DNA of 64,000 nucleotides, taken from assembly GCA_964057225.1 (NCBI GenBank), contig OZ059896.1, positions 1,054,001-1,118,000 on the forward strand. The letters run 5' to 3'. This stretch comes from Auanema rhodensis. Lineage: Eukaryota; Animalia; Nematoda. The notes below the pieces were generated by a model, which was not told the origin of the DNA, did not search any database, and saw only the letters and a list, made by a program, of their open reading frames with translations. Positions 1 to 12,300 of the stretch are shown in pieces (the first letter of the stretch is position 1; every line of letters begins with the position of its first letter). The position numbers were made by a program, and so were the translations under genes.

Positions 1-52
1 ACTAATTTTTGTATTAAGCGTTTCTCAATGTAGTATAGTGCATTCGATGCGG

Positions 53-103
53 ATTTTTAAGCTGCGTCGATCTGTACTATCAGATTTGCGCTAGCTTGAA
101 AAT
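53..103. other. Imperfect inverted repeat (22-bp stem, 6-nt loop) present in every monomer
   Basis: ATTTTTAAGCTGCGTCGATCTG-TACTAT-CAGATTTGCGCTAGCTTGAAAAT: 18 Watson-Crick pairs, 3 G:T pairs, 1 mismatch (C68/T87) and a 1-nt bulge (T92). Confidence 0.9.
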
Positions 104-120
104 GCACCGAGATATCAACT

Positions 121-142
121 GATATAAGTTCACACTTATATC
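121..142. other. Perfect 9-bp inverted repeat with 4-nt loop in the consensus monomer
   Basis: GATATAAGT-TCAC-ACTTATATC. It overlaps an alternative dyad, ATATCA-AC-TGATAT (112-125). Confidence 0.92.
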
Positions 143-216
143 CTCGATTTTCACCCTGAAGAATTAATTTTTTCGTTGAATAACATTGTCCATCGTTTTT
201 GCCTCGAAAAAAGGAA

Positions 217-288
217 TCTAAAAACATCTACTTTTCGCTAAATTATTTTGAAATTTTTCGAAAAAATTTTTGTCAAAATGTTTTTGGA
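217..288. other. Nested A/T-rich dyad region
   Basis: Perfect palindrome TTTTTCGAAAAA (254-265), flanked by ATTTTGA/TCAAAAT (245-251/273-279) and by TCTAAAAACAT/ATGTTTTTGGA (217-227/278-288, 10 of 11 complementary). Confidence 0.8.
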
Positions 289-292
289 AGCA

Positions 293-320
293 ATTTTGAG
301 TGTACATGGAAACTCAACAT
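293..320. other. Quasi-palindrome ATTTTGAGT...ACTCAACAT (8 of 9 pairs, 10-nt loop)
   Basis: TTGAGT (296-301) is the reverse complement of ACTCAA (312-317). The stem extends to 9 bp with one mismatch at 295. Confidence 0.8.
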
Positions 321-3300
321 ACACTAATGCATCATTTTCCAAACGATCATAACTAATTTTTGTATTAAGCGTTTCTCAATGTAGTATAGTGCATTCGATG
401 CGGATTTTTAAGCTGCGTCGATCTGTTCTATCAGATTTGCGCTAGCTTGAAAATGCACCGAGATATCAACTGATATAAGTTCACACTTATATCCTCGATT
501 TTCACCCTGAAGAATTAATTTTTTCGTTGAATAACATTGTCCATCGTTTTTGCCTCGAAAAAAGGAATCTAAAAACATCTACTTTTCGCTAAATTATTTT
601 GAAATTTTTCGAAAAAATTTTTGTCAAAATGTTTTTGGAAGCAATTTTGAGTGTACATGGAAACTCAACATACACTAATGCATCATTTTCCAAACGATCA
701 TAACTAATTTTTGTATTAAGCGTTTCTCAATGTAGTATAGTGCATTCGATGCGGATTTTTAAGCTGCGTCGATCTGTACTATCAGATTTGCGCTGGCTTG
801 AAAATGCACCGAGATATCAACTGATATAAGTTTACACCTATATCCTCTATTTTCACCCTGAAGAATTAATTTTTTCGTTGAATAACATTGTCCATCGTTT
901 TTGCCTCGGAAAAAGGAATCTAAAAACATCTACTTTTTGCTACATTATTTTGAAATTTTTCGAAAAAAATTTTGTCAAAATGTTTTTGGAAGCAATTTTG
1001 AGTGTACATGGAAACTCAACATACACTAATGCATCATTTTTCAAAAGATCATAACTAATTTTTGTATTAAGCGTTTCTCAATGTAGTATAGTGCATTCGA
1101 TGCGGATTATTAAGCTGCGTCGATCTGTACTATCAGATTTGCGCTAGCTTAAAAATGCACCGAGATATCAACTGATATAAGTTCACACTTATATCCTCGA
1201 TTTTCACCCTGAAGAATTAATTTTTTCGTTGAATAACATTGTCCATCGTTTTTGCCTCAAAAAAAGGAATCTAAAAACATCTACTTTTCGCTAAATTATT
1301 TTGAAATTTTTCGAAAAAATTTTTGTCAAAATGTTTTTGGAAGCAATTTTGAGTGTACATGGAAACTCAACATACACTAATGCATCATTTTTCAAACGAT
1401 CATAACTAATTTTTGTATTAAGCGTTTCTCAATGTAGTATAGTGCATTCGATGCGGATTTTTAAGCTGCGTCGATCTGTACTATCAGATTTGCGCTAGCT
1501 TGAAAATGCACCGAGATATCAACTGATATAAGTTCACACCTATATCCTCGATTTTCACCCTGAAGAATTAATTTTTTCGTTGAATAACATTGTCCATCGT
1601 TTTTGCCTTGAAAAAAGGAATCTAAAAACATCTACTTTTCGCTAAATTATTTTGAAATTTTTTGAAAAAATTTTGTCAAAATGTTTTTGGAAGCAATTTT
1701 GAGTGTACATGGAAACTCAACATACACTAATGCATCATTTTTCAAAAGATCATAACTAATTTTTGTATTAAGCTTTTCTTAATGTAGTATAGTGCATTCG
1801 ATGCGGATTTCTAAGCTGCGTCGATCTGTACTATCAGATTTGCGCTAGCTTGAAAATGCACCGAGATATCAACTGATATAAGTTCACACTTATATCCTCG
1901 ATTTTCACCCTGAAGAATTAATTTTTTCGTTGAATAACATTGTCCATCGTTTTTGCCTCAAAAAAAGGAATCTAAAAACATCTACTTTTCGCTAAATTAT
2001 TTTGAAATTTTTCGAAAAAATTTTTGTCAAAATGTTTTTGGAAGCAATTTTGAGTGTACATGGAAACTCAACATACACTAATGCATCATTTTTCAAACGA
2101 TCATAACTAATTTTTGTATTAAGCGTTTCTCAATGTAGTATAGTGCATTCGATGCGGATTTTTAAGCTGCGTCGATCTGTACTATCAGATTTGCGCTAGC
2201 TTGAAAATGCACCGAGATATCAACTGATATAAGTTCACACTTATATCCTCGATTTTCACCCTGAAGAATTAATTTTTTCGTTGAATAACATTGTCCATCG
2301 TTTTTGCCTCGAAAAAAGGAATCTAAAAACATCTACTTTTCGCTAAATTATTTTGAAATTTTTCGAAAAAATTTTTGTCAAAATGTTTTTGGAAGCAATT
2401 TTGAGTGTACATGGAAACTCAACATACACTAATGCATCATTTTTCAAACGATCATAACTAATTTTTGTATTAAGCGTTTCTCAATGTAGTATAGTGCATT
2501 CGATGCGGATTTTTAAGCTGCGTCGATCTGTACTATCAGATTTGCGCTAGCTTGAAAATGCACCGAGATATCAACTGATATAAGTTCACACTTATATCCT
2601 CGATTTTCACCCTGAAGAATTAATTTTTTCGTTGAATAACATTGTCCATCGTTTTTGCCTCGAAAAAAGGAATCTAAAAACATCTACTTTTCGCTAAATT
2701 ATTTTGAAATTTTTCGAAAAAATTTTTGTCAAAATGTTTTTGGAAGCAATTTTGAGTGTACATGGAAACTCAACATACACTAATGCATCATTTTCCAAAC
2801 GATCATAACTAATTTTTGTATTAAGCGTTTCTCAATGTAGTATAGTGCATTCGATGCGGATTTTTAAGCTGCGTCGATCTGTACTATCAGATTTGCGCTG
2901 GCTTGAAAATGCACCGAGATATCAACTGATATAAGTTTACACCTATATCCTCTATTTTCACCCTGAAGAATTAATTTTTTCGTTGAATAACATTGTCCAT
3001 CGTTTTTGCCTTGAAAAAAGTAATCTAAAAACATCTACTTTTTGCTAAATTATTTTGAAATTTTTCGAAAAAATTTTTGTCAAAATGTTTTTGGAAGCAA
3101 TTTTGAGTGTACATGGAAACTCAACATACACTAATGCATCATTTTTCAAACGATCATAACTTATTTTTGTATTAAGCGTTTCTCAATGTAGTATAGTGCA
3201 TTCGATGCGGATTTTTAAGCTGCGTCGATCTGTACTATCAGATTTGCGCTAGCTCGAAAATGCACCGAGATATCAACTGATATAAGTTCACACTTATATC

Positions 3301-6300
3301 CTCGATTTTCACCCTGAAGAATTGATTTTTTCGTTGAATAACATTGTCCATCGTTTTTGCCTCGGAAAAAGGAATCTAAAAACATCTACTTTTTGCTACA
3401 TTATTTTGAAATTTTTCGAAAAAAATTTTGTCAAAATGTTTTTGGAAGCAATTTTGAGTGTACATGGAAACTCAACATACACTAATGCATCATTTTTCAA
3501 AAGATCATAACTAATTTTTGTATTAAGCGTTTCTCAATGTAGTATAGTGCATTCGATGCGGATTATTAAGCTGCGTCGATCTGTACTATCAGATTTGCGC
3601 TAGCTTAAAAATGCACCGAGATATCAACTGATATAAGTTCACACTTATATCCTCGATTTTCACCCTGAAGAATTAATTTTTTCGTTGAATAACATTGTCC
3701 ATCGTTTTTGCCTCAAGAAAAGGAATCTAAAAACATCTACTTTTCGCTAAATTATTTTGAAATTTTTCGAAAAAATTTTTGTCAAAATGTTTTTGGAAGC
3801 AATTTTGAGTGTACATGGAAACTCAACATACACTAATGCATCATTTTTCAAACGATCATAACTAATTTTTGTATTAAGCGTTTCTCAATGTAGTATAGTG
3901 CATTCGATGCGGATTTTTAAGCTGCGTCGATCTGTACTATCAGATTTGCGCTAGCTTGAAAATGCACCGAGATATCAACTGATATAAGTTCACACTTATA
4001 TCCTCGATTTTCACCCTGAAGAATTAATTTTTTCGTTGAATAACATTGTCCATCGTTTTTGCCTCGAAAAAAGGAATCTAAAAACATCTACTTTTCGCTA
4101 AATTATTTTGAAATTTTTCGAAAAAATTTTTGTCAAAATGTTTTTGGAAGCAATTTTGAGTGTACATGGAAACTCAACATACACTAATGCATCATTTTTC
4201 AAACGATCATAACTAATTTTTGTATTAAGCGTTTCTCAATGTAGTATAGTGCATTCGATGCGGATTTTTAAGCTGCGTCGATCTGTACTATCAGATTTGC
4301 GCTAGCTTGAAAATGCACCGAGATATCAACTGATATAAGTTCACACTTATATCCTCGATTTTCACCCTGAAGAATTAATTTTTTCGTTGAATAACATTGT
4401 CCATCGTTTTTGCCTCGAAAAAAGGAATCTAAAAACATCTACTTTTCGCTAAATTATTTTGAAATTTTTCGAAAAAATTTTTGTCAAAATGTTTTTGGAA
4501 GCAATTTTGAGTGTACATGGAAACTCAACATACACTAATGCATCATTTTCCAAACGATCATAACTAATTTTTGTATTAAGCGTTTCTCAATGTAGTATAG
4601 TGCATTCGATGCGGATTTTTAAGCTGCGTCGATCTGTACTATCAGATTTGCGCTGGCTTGAAAATGCACCGAGATATCAACTGATATAAGTTTACACCTA
4701 TATCCTCTATTTTCACCCTGAAGAATTAATTTTTTCGTTGAATAACATTGTCCATCGTTTTTGCCTTGAAAAAAGGAATCTAAAAACATCTACTTTTTGC
4801 TAAATTATTTTGAAATTTTTCGAAAAAATTTTTGTCAAAATGTTTTTGGAAGCAATTTTGAGTGTACATGGAAACTCAACATACACTAATGCATCATTTT
4901 TCAAACGATCATAACTTATTTTTGTATTAAGCGTTTCTCAATGTAGTATAGTGCATTCGATGCGGATTTTTAAGCTGCGTCGATCTGTACTATCAGATTT
5001 GCGCTAGCTCGAAAATGCACCGAGATATCAACTGATATAAGTTCACACTTATATCCTCGATTTTCACCCTGAAGAATTGATTTTTTCGTTGAATAACATT
5101 GTCCATCGTTTTTGCCTCGGAAAAAGGAATCTAAAAACATCTACTTTTTGCTACATTATTTTGAAATTTTTCGAAAAAAATTTTGTCAAAATGTTTTTGG
5201 AAGCAATTTTGAGTGTACATGGAAACTCAACATACACTAATGCATCATTTTTCAAAAGATCATAACTAATTTTTGTATTAAGCGTTTCTCAATGTAGTAT
5301 AGTGCATTCGATGCGGATTATTAAGCTGCGTCGATCTGTACTATCAGATTTGCGCTAGCTTAAAAATGCACCGAGATATCAACTGATATAAGTTCACACT
5401 TATATCCTCGATTTTCACCCTGAAGAATTAATTTTTTCGTTGAATAACATTGTCCATCGTTTTTGCCTTGAAAAAAGGAATCTAAAAACATCTACTTTTT
5501 GCTAAATTATTTTGAAATTTTTCGAAAAAATTTTTGTCAAAATGTTTTTGGAAGCAATTTTGAGTGTACATGGAAACTCAACATACACTAATGCATCATT
5601 TTTCAAACGATCATAACTTATTTTTGTATTAAGCGTTTCTCAATGTAGTATAGTGCATTCGATGCGGATTTTTAAGCTGCGTCGATCTGTACTATCAGAT
5701 TTGCGCTAGCTCGAAAATGCACCGAGATATCAACTGATATAAGTTCACACTTATATCCTCGATTTTCACCCTGAAGAATTGATTTTTTCGTTGAATAACA
5801 TTGTCCATCGTTTTTGCCTCGAAAAAAGGAATCTAAAAACATCTACTTTTTGCTAAATTATTTTGAAATTTTTCGAAAAAATTTTTGTCAAAATGTTTTT
5901 GGAAGCAATTTTGAGTGTACATGGAAACTCAACATACACTAATGCATCATTTTTCAAAAGATCATAACTAATTTTTGTATTAAGCGTTTCTCAATGTAGT
6001 ATAGTGCATTCGATGCGGATTATTAAGCTGCGTCGATCTGTACTATCAGATTTGCGCTAGCTTAAAAATGCACCGAGATATCAACTGATATAAGTTCACA
6101 CCTATATCCTCGATTTTCACCCTGAAGAATTAATTTTTTCGTTGAATAACATTGTCCATCGTTTTTGCCTTGAAAAAAGGAATCTAAAAACATCTACTTT
6201 TCGCTAAATTATTTTGAAATTTTTTGAAAAAATTTTTGTCAAAATGTTTTTGGAAGCAATTTTGAGTGTACATGGAAACTCAACATACACTAATGCATCA

Positions 6301-9300
6301 TTTTTCAAACGATCATAACTAATTTTTGTATTAAGCGTTTCTCAATGTAGTATAGTGCATTCGATGCGGATTTTTAAGCTGCGTCGATCTGTACTATCAG
6401 ATTTGCGCTAGCTTGAAAATGCACCGAGATATCAACTGATATAAGTTCACACTTATATCCTCGATTTTCACCCTGAAGAATTAATTTTTTCGTTGAATAA
6501 CATTGTCCATCGTTTTTGCCTCGAAAAAAGGAATCTAAAAACATCTACTTTTCGCTAAATTATTTTGAAATTTTTCGAAAAAATTTTTGTCAAAATGTTT
6601 TTGGAAGCAATTTTGAGTGTACATGGAAACTCAACATACACTAATGCATCATTTTCCAAACGATCATAACTAATTTTTGTATTAAGCGTTTCTCAATGTA
6701 GTATAGTGCATTCGATGCGGATTTTTAAGCTGCGTCGATCTGTACTATCAGATTTGCGCTAGCTTGAAAATGCACCGAGATATCAACTGATATAAGTTCA
6801 CACTTATATCCTCGATTTTCACCCTGAAGAATTAATTTTTTCGTTGAATAACATTGTCCATCGTTTTTGCCTCGAAAAAAGGAATCTAAAAACATCTACT
6901 TTTCGCTAAATTATTTTGAAATTTTTCGAAAAAATTTTTGTCAAAATGTTTTTGGAAGCAATTTTGAGTGTACATGGAAACTCAACATACACTAATGCAT
7001 CATTTTTCAAACGATCATAACTAATTTTTGTATTAAGCGTTTCTCAATGTAGTATAGTGCATTCGATGCGGATTTTTAAGCTGCGTCGATCTGTACTATC
7101 AGATTTGCGCTAGCTTGAAAATGCACCGAGATATCAACTGATATAAGTTCACACTTATATCCTCGATTTTCACCCTGAAGAATTAATTTTTTCGTTGAAT
7201 AACATTGTCCATCGTTTTTGCCTCGAAAAAAGGAATCTAAAAACATCTACTTTTCGCTAAATTATTTTGAAATTTTTCGAAAAAATTTTTGTCAAAATGT
7301 TTTTGGAAGCAATTTTGAGTGTACATGGAAACTCAACATACACTAATGCATCATTTTCCAAACGATCATAACTAATTTTTGTATTAAGCGTTTCTCAATG
7401 TAGTATAGTGCATTCGATGCGGATTTTTAAGCTGCGTCGATCTGTACTATCAGATTTGCGCTGGCTTGAAAATGCACCGAGATATCAACTGATATAAGTT
7501 TACACCTATATCCTCTATTTTCACCCTGAAGAATTAATTTTTTCGTTGAATAACATTGTCCATCGTTTTTGCCTTGAAAAAAGGAATCTAAAAACATCTA
7601 CTTTTTGCTAAATTATTTTGAAATTTTTCGAAAAAATTTTTGTCAAAATGTTTTTGGAAGCAATTTTGAGTGTACATGGAAACTCAACATACACTAATGC
7701 ATCATTTTTCAAACGATCATAACTTATTTTTGTATTAAGCGTTTCTCAATGTAGTATAGTGCATTCGATGCGGATTTTTAAGCTGCGTCGATCTGTACTA
7801 TCAGATTTGCGCTAGCTCGAAAATGCACCGAGATATCAACTGATATAAGTTCACACTTATATCCTCGATTTTCACCCTGAAGAATTGATTTTTTCGTTGA
7901 ATAACATTGTCCATCGTTTTTGCCTCGGAAAAAGGAATCTAAAAACATCTACTTTTTGCTACATTATTTTGAAATTTTTCGAAAAAAATTTTGTCAAAAT
8001 GTTTTTGGAAGCAATTTTGAGTGTACATGGAAACTCAACATACACTAATGCATCATTTTTCAAAAGATCATAACTAATTTTTGTATTAAGCGTTTCTCAA
8101 TGTAGTATAGTGCATTCGATGCGGATTATTAAGCTGCGTCGATCTGTACTATCAGATTTGCGCTAGCTTAAAAATGCACCGAGATATCAACTGATATAAG
8201 TTCACACTTATATCCTCGATTTTCACCTTGAAGAATTAATTTTTTCGTTGAATAACATTGTCCATCGTTTTTGCCTTGAAAAAAGGAATCTAAAAACATC
8301 TACTTTTTGCTAAATTATTTTGAAATTTTTCGAAAAAATTTTTGTCAAAATGTTTTTGGAAGCAATTTTGAGTGTACATGGAAACTCAACATACACTAAT
8401 GCATCATTTTTCAAACGATCATAACTTATTTTTGTATTAAGCGTTTCTCAATGTAGTATAGTGCATTCGATGCGGATTTTTAAGCTGCGTCGATCTGTAC
8501 TATCAGATTTGCGCTAGCTCGAAAATGCACCGAGATATCAACTGATATAAGTTCACACTTATATCCTCGATTTTCACCCTGAAGAATTGATTTTTTCGTT
8601 GAATAACATTGTCCATCGTTTTTGCCTCGAAAAAAGGAATCTAAAAACATCTACTTTTTGCTAAATTATTTTGAAATTTTTCGAAAAAATTTTTGTCAAA
8701 ATGTTTTTGGAAGCAATTTTGAGTGTACATGGAAACTCAACATACACTAATGCATCATTTTTCAAAAGATCATAACTAATTTTTGTATTAAGCGTTTCTC
8801 AATGTAGTATAGTGCATTCGATGCGGATTATTAAGCTGCGTCGATCTGTACTATCAGATTTGCGCTAGCTTAAAAATGCACCGAGATATCAACTGATATA
8901 AGTTCACACCTATATCCTCGATTTTCACCCTGAAGAATTAATTTTTTCGTTGAATAACATTGTCCATCGTTTTTGCCTTGAAAAAAGGAATCTAAAAACA
9001 TCTACTTTTCGCTAAATTATTTTGAAATTTTTTGAAAAAATTTTTGTCAAAATGTTTTTGGAAGCAATTTTGAGTGTACATGGAAACTCAACATACACTA
9101 ATGCATCATTTTTCAAACGATCATAACTAATTTTTGTATTAAGCGTTTCTCAATGTAGTATAGTGCATTCGATGCGGATTTTTAAGCTGCGTCGATCTGT
9201 ACTATCAGATTTGCGCTAGCTTGAAAATGCACCGAGATATCAACTGATATAAGTTCACACTTATATCCTCGATTTTCACCCTGAAGAATTAATTTTTTCG

Positions 9301-12300
9301 TTGAATAACATTGTCCATCGTTTTTGCCTCGAAAAAAGGAATCTAAAAACATCTACTTTTCGCTAAATTATTTTGAAATTTTTCGAAAAAATTTTTGTCA
9401 AAATGTTTTTGGAAGCAATTTTGAGTGTACATGGAAACTCAACATACACTAATGCATCATTTTCCAAACGATCATAACTAATTTTTGTATTAAGCGTTTC
9501 TCAATGTAGTATAGTGCATTCGATGCGGATTTTTAAGCTGCGTCGATCTGTACTATCAGATTTGCGCTGGCTTGAAAATGCACCGAGATATCAACTGATA
9601 TAAGTTTACACCTATATCCTCTATTTTCACCCTGAAGAATTAATTTTTTCGTTGAATAACATTGTCCATCGTTTTTGCCTTGAAAAAAGGAATCTAAAAA
9701 CATCTACTTTTTGCTAAATTATTTTGAAATTTTTCGAAAAAATTTTTGTCAAAATGTTTTTGGAAGCAATTTTGAGTGTACATGGAAACTCAACATACAC
9801 TAATGCATCATTTTCCAAACGATCATAACTAATTTTTGTATTAAGCGTTTCTCAATGTAGTATAGTGCATTCGATGCGGATTTTTAAGCTGCGTCGATCT
9901 GTACTATCAGATTTGCGCTGGCTTGAAAATGCACCGAGATATCAACTGATATAAGTTTACACCTATATCCTCTATTTTCACCCTGAAGAATTAATTTTTT
10001 CGTTGAATAACATTGTCCATCGTTTTTGCCTTGAAAAAAGGAATCTAAAAACATCTACTTTTTGCTAAATTATTTTGAAATTTTTCGAAAAAATTTTTGT
10101 CAAAATGTTTTTGGAAGCAATTTTGAGTGTACATGGAAACTCAACATACACTAATGCATCATTTTTCAAACGATCATAACTTATTTTTGTATTAAGCGTT
10201 TCTCAATGTAGTATAGTGCATTCGATGCGGATTTTTAAGCTGCGTCGATCTGTACTATCAGATTTGCGCTAGCTTAAAAATGCACCGAGATATCAACTGA
10301 TATAAGTTCACACTTATATCCTCGATTTTCACCCTGAAGAATTAATTTTTTCGTTGAATAACATTGTCCATCGTTTTTGCCTTGAAAAAAGGAATCTAAA
10401 AACATCTACTTTTTGCTAAATTATTTTGAAATTTTTCGAAAAAATTTTTGTCAAAATGTTTTTGGAAGCAATTTTGAGTGTACATGGAAACTCAACATAC
10501 ACTAATGCATCATTTTTCAAACGATCATAACTTATTTTTGTATTAAGCGTTTCTCAATGTAGTATAGTGCATTCGATGCGGATTTTTAAGCTGCGTCGAT
10601 CTGTACTATCAGATTTGCGCTAGCTCGAAAATGCACCGAGATATCAACTGATATAAGTTCACACTTATATCCTCGATTTTCACCCTGAAGAATTGATTTT
10701 TTCGTTGAATAACATTGTCCATCGTTTTTGCCTCGGAAAAAGGAATCTAAAAACATCTACTTTTTGCTACATTATTTTGAAATTTTTCGAAAAAAATTTT
10801 GTCAAAATGTTTTTGGAAGCAATTTTGAGTGTACATGGAAACTCAACATACACTAATGCATCATTTTTCAAAAGATCATAACTAATTTTTGTATTAAGCG
10901 TTTCTCAATGTAGTATAGTGCATTCGATGCGGATTATTAAGCTGCGTCGATCTGTACTATCAGATTTGCGCTAGCTTAAAAATGCACCGAGATATCAACT
11001 GATATAAGTTCACACTTATATCCTCGATTTTCACCCTGAAGAATTAATTTTTTCGTTGAATAACATTGTCCATCGTTTTTGCCTTGAAAAAAGGAATCTA
11101 AAAACATCTACTTTTTGCTAAATTATTTTGAAATTTTTCGAAAAAATTTTTGTCAAAATGTTTTTGGAAGCAATTTTGAGTGTACATGGAAACTCAACAT
11201 ACACTAATGCATCATTTTTCAAACGATCATAACTTATTTTTGTATTAAGCGTTTCTCAATGTAGTATAGTGCATTCGATGCGGATTTTTAAGCTGCGTCG
11301 ATCTGTACTATCAGATTTGCGCTAGCTCGAAAATGCACCGAGATATCAACTGATATAAGTTCACACTTATATCCTCGATTTTCACCCTGAAGAATTGATT
11401 TTTTCGTTGAATAACATTGTCCATCGTTTTTGCCTCGAAAAAAGGAATCTAAAAACATCTACTTTTTGCTAAATTATTTTGAAATTTTTCGAAAAAATTT
11501 TTGTCAAAATGTTTTTGGAAGCAATTTTGAGTGTACATGGAAACTCAACATACACTAATGCATCATTTTTCAAAAGATCATAACTAATTTTTGTATTAAG
11601 CGTTTCTCAATGTAGTATAGTGCATTCGATGCGGATTATTAAGCTGCGTCGATCTGTACTATCAGATTTGCGCTAGCTTAAAAATGCACCGAGATATCAA
11701 CTGATATAAGTTCACACTTATATCCTCGATTTTCACCCTGAAGAATTAATTTTTTCGTTGAATAACATTGTCCATCGTTTTTGCCTCGAAAAAAGGAATC
11801 TAAAAACATCTACTTTTTGCTACATTATTTTGAAATTTTTTGAAAAAATTTTTGTCAAAATGTTTTTGGAAGCAATTTTGAGTGTACATGGAAACTCAAC
11901 ATACACTAATGCATCATTTTTCAAACGATCATAACTAATTTTTGTATTAAGCGTTTCTCAATGTAGTATAGTGCATTCGATGCGGATTTTTAAGCTGCGT
12001 CGATCTGTACTATCAGATTTGCGCTAGCTTGAAAATGCACCGAGATATCAACTGATATAAGTTCACACTTATATCCTCGATTTTCACCCTGAAGAATTAA
12101 TTTTTTCGTTGAATAACATTGTCCATCGTTTTTGCCTCGAAAAAAGGAATCTAAAAACATCTACTTTTCGCTAAATTATTTTGAAATTTTTCGAAAAAAT
12201 TTTTGTCAAAATGTTTTTGGAAGCAATTTTGAGTGTACATGGAAACTCAACATACACTAATGCATCATTTTCCAAACGATCATAACTAATTTTTGTATTA

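Larger units (their letters stand above)
1..351 (+). repeat. Representative monomer (near consensus; phase set arbitrarily by the window start)
   Basis: Hand count gives 112 G+C in 351 bp (~32% GC), 14 CpG and five TCGA sites (44, 67, 144, 204, 258). Single NheI GCTAGC (90-95), EcoRV GATATC (111-116), BsrGI TGTACA (301-306) and NsiI ATGCAT (327-332) sites. Confidence 0.97.

Noticed and set aside
53-142. Hairpins as intrinsic terminators, attC sites or transposon terminal inverted repeats
   Set aside because: No upstream genes, no cassette ORFs, no target-site duplications or defined element ends, and the context is a homogeneous satellite.
44-348. Clustered CGAT words as BEAF-32/DREF sites
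   Set aside because: None is CGATA or TATCGATA (they read CGATG, CGATC, CGATT), and the host is unknown.
1-351. Tandem RNA gene cluster (5S rRNA, tRNA, spliced leader, snRNA)
   Set aside because: The unit size is compatible, but I recognise no 5S, tRNA cloverleaf, SL or Pol III box A/B/C sequence on either strand. An Infernal/Rfam scan would be the decisive test.
1-351. Identity with a named satellite (Drosophila 1.688/359-bp family, tenebrionid ~350-360-bp satellites, alpha-satellite dimer)
   Set aside because: Only length and AT content are similar. I cannot confirm sequence identity without a database search.
1-351. Internal ~175-bp dimer structure of the monomer
   Set aside because: No convincing alignment between the two halves by eye, only short shared words (AATGCA at 101/326, CCTCGA at 142/202).
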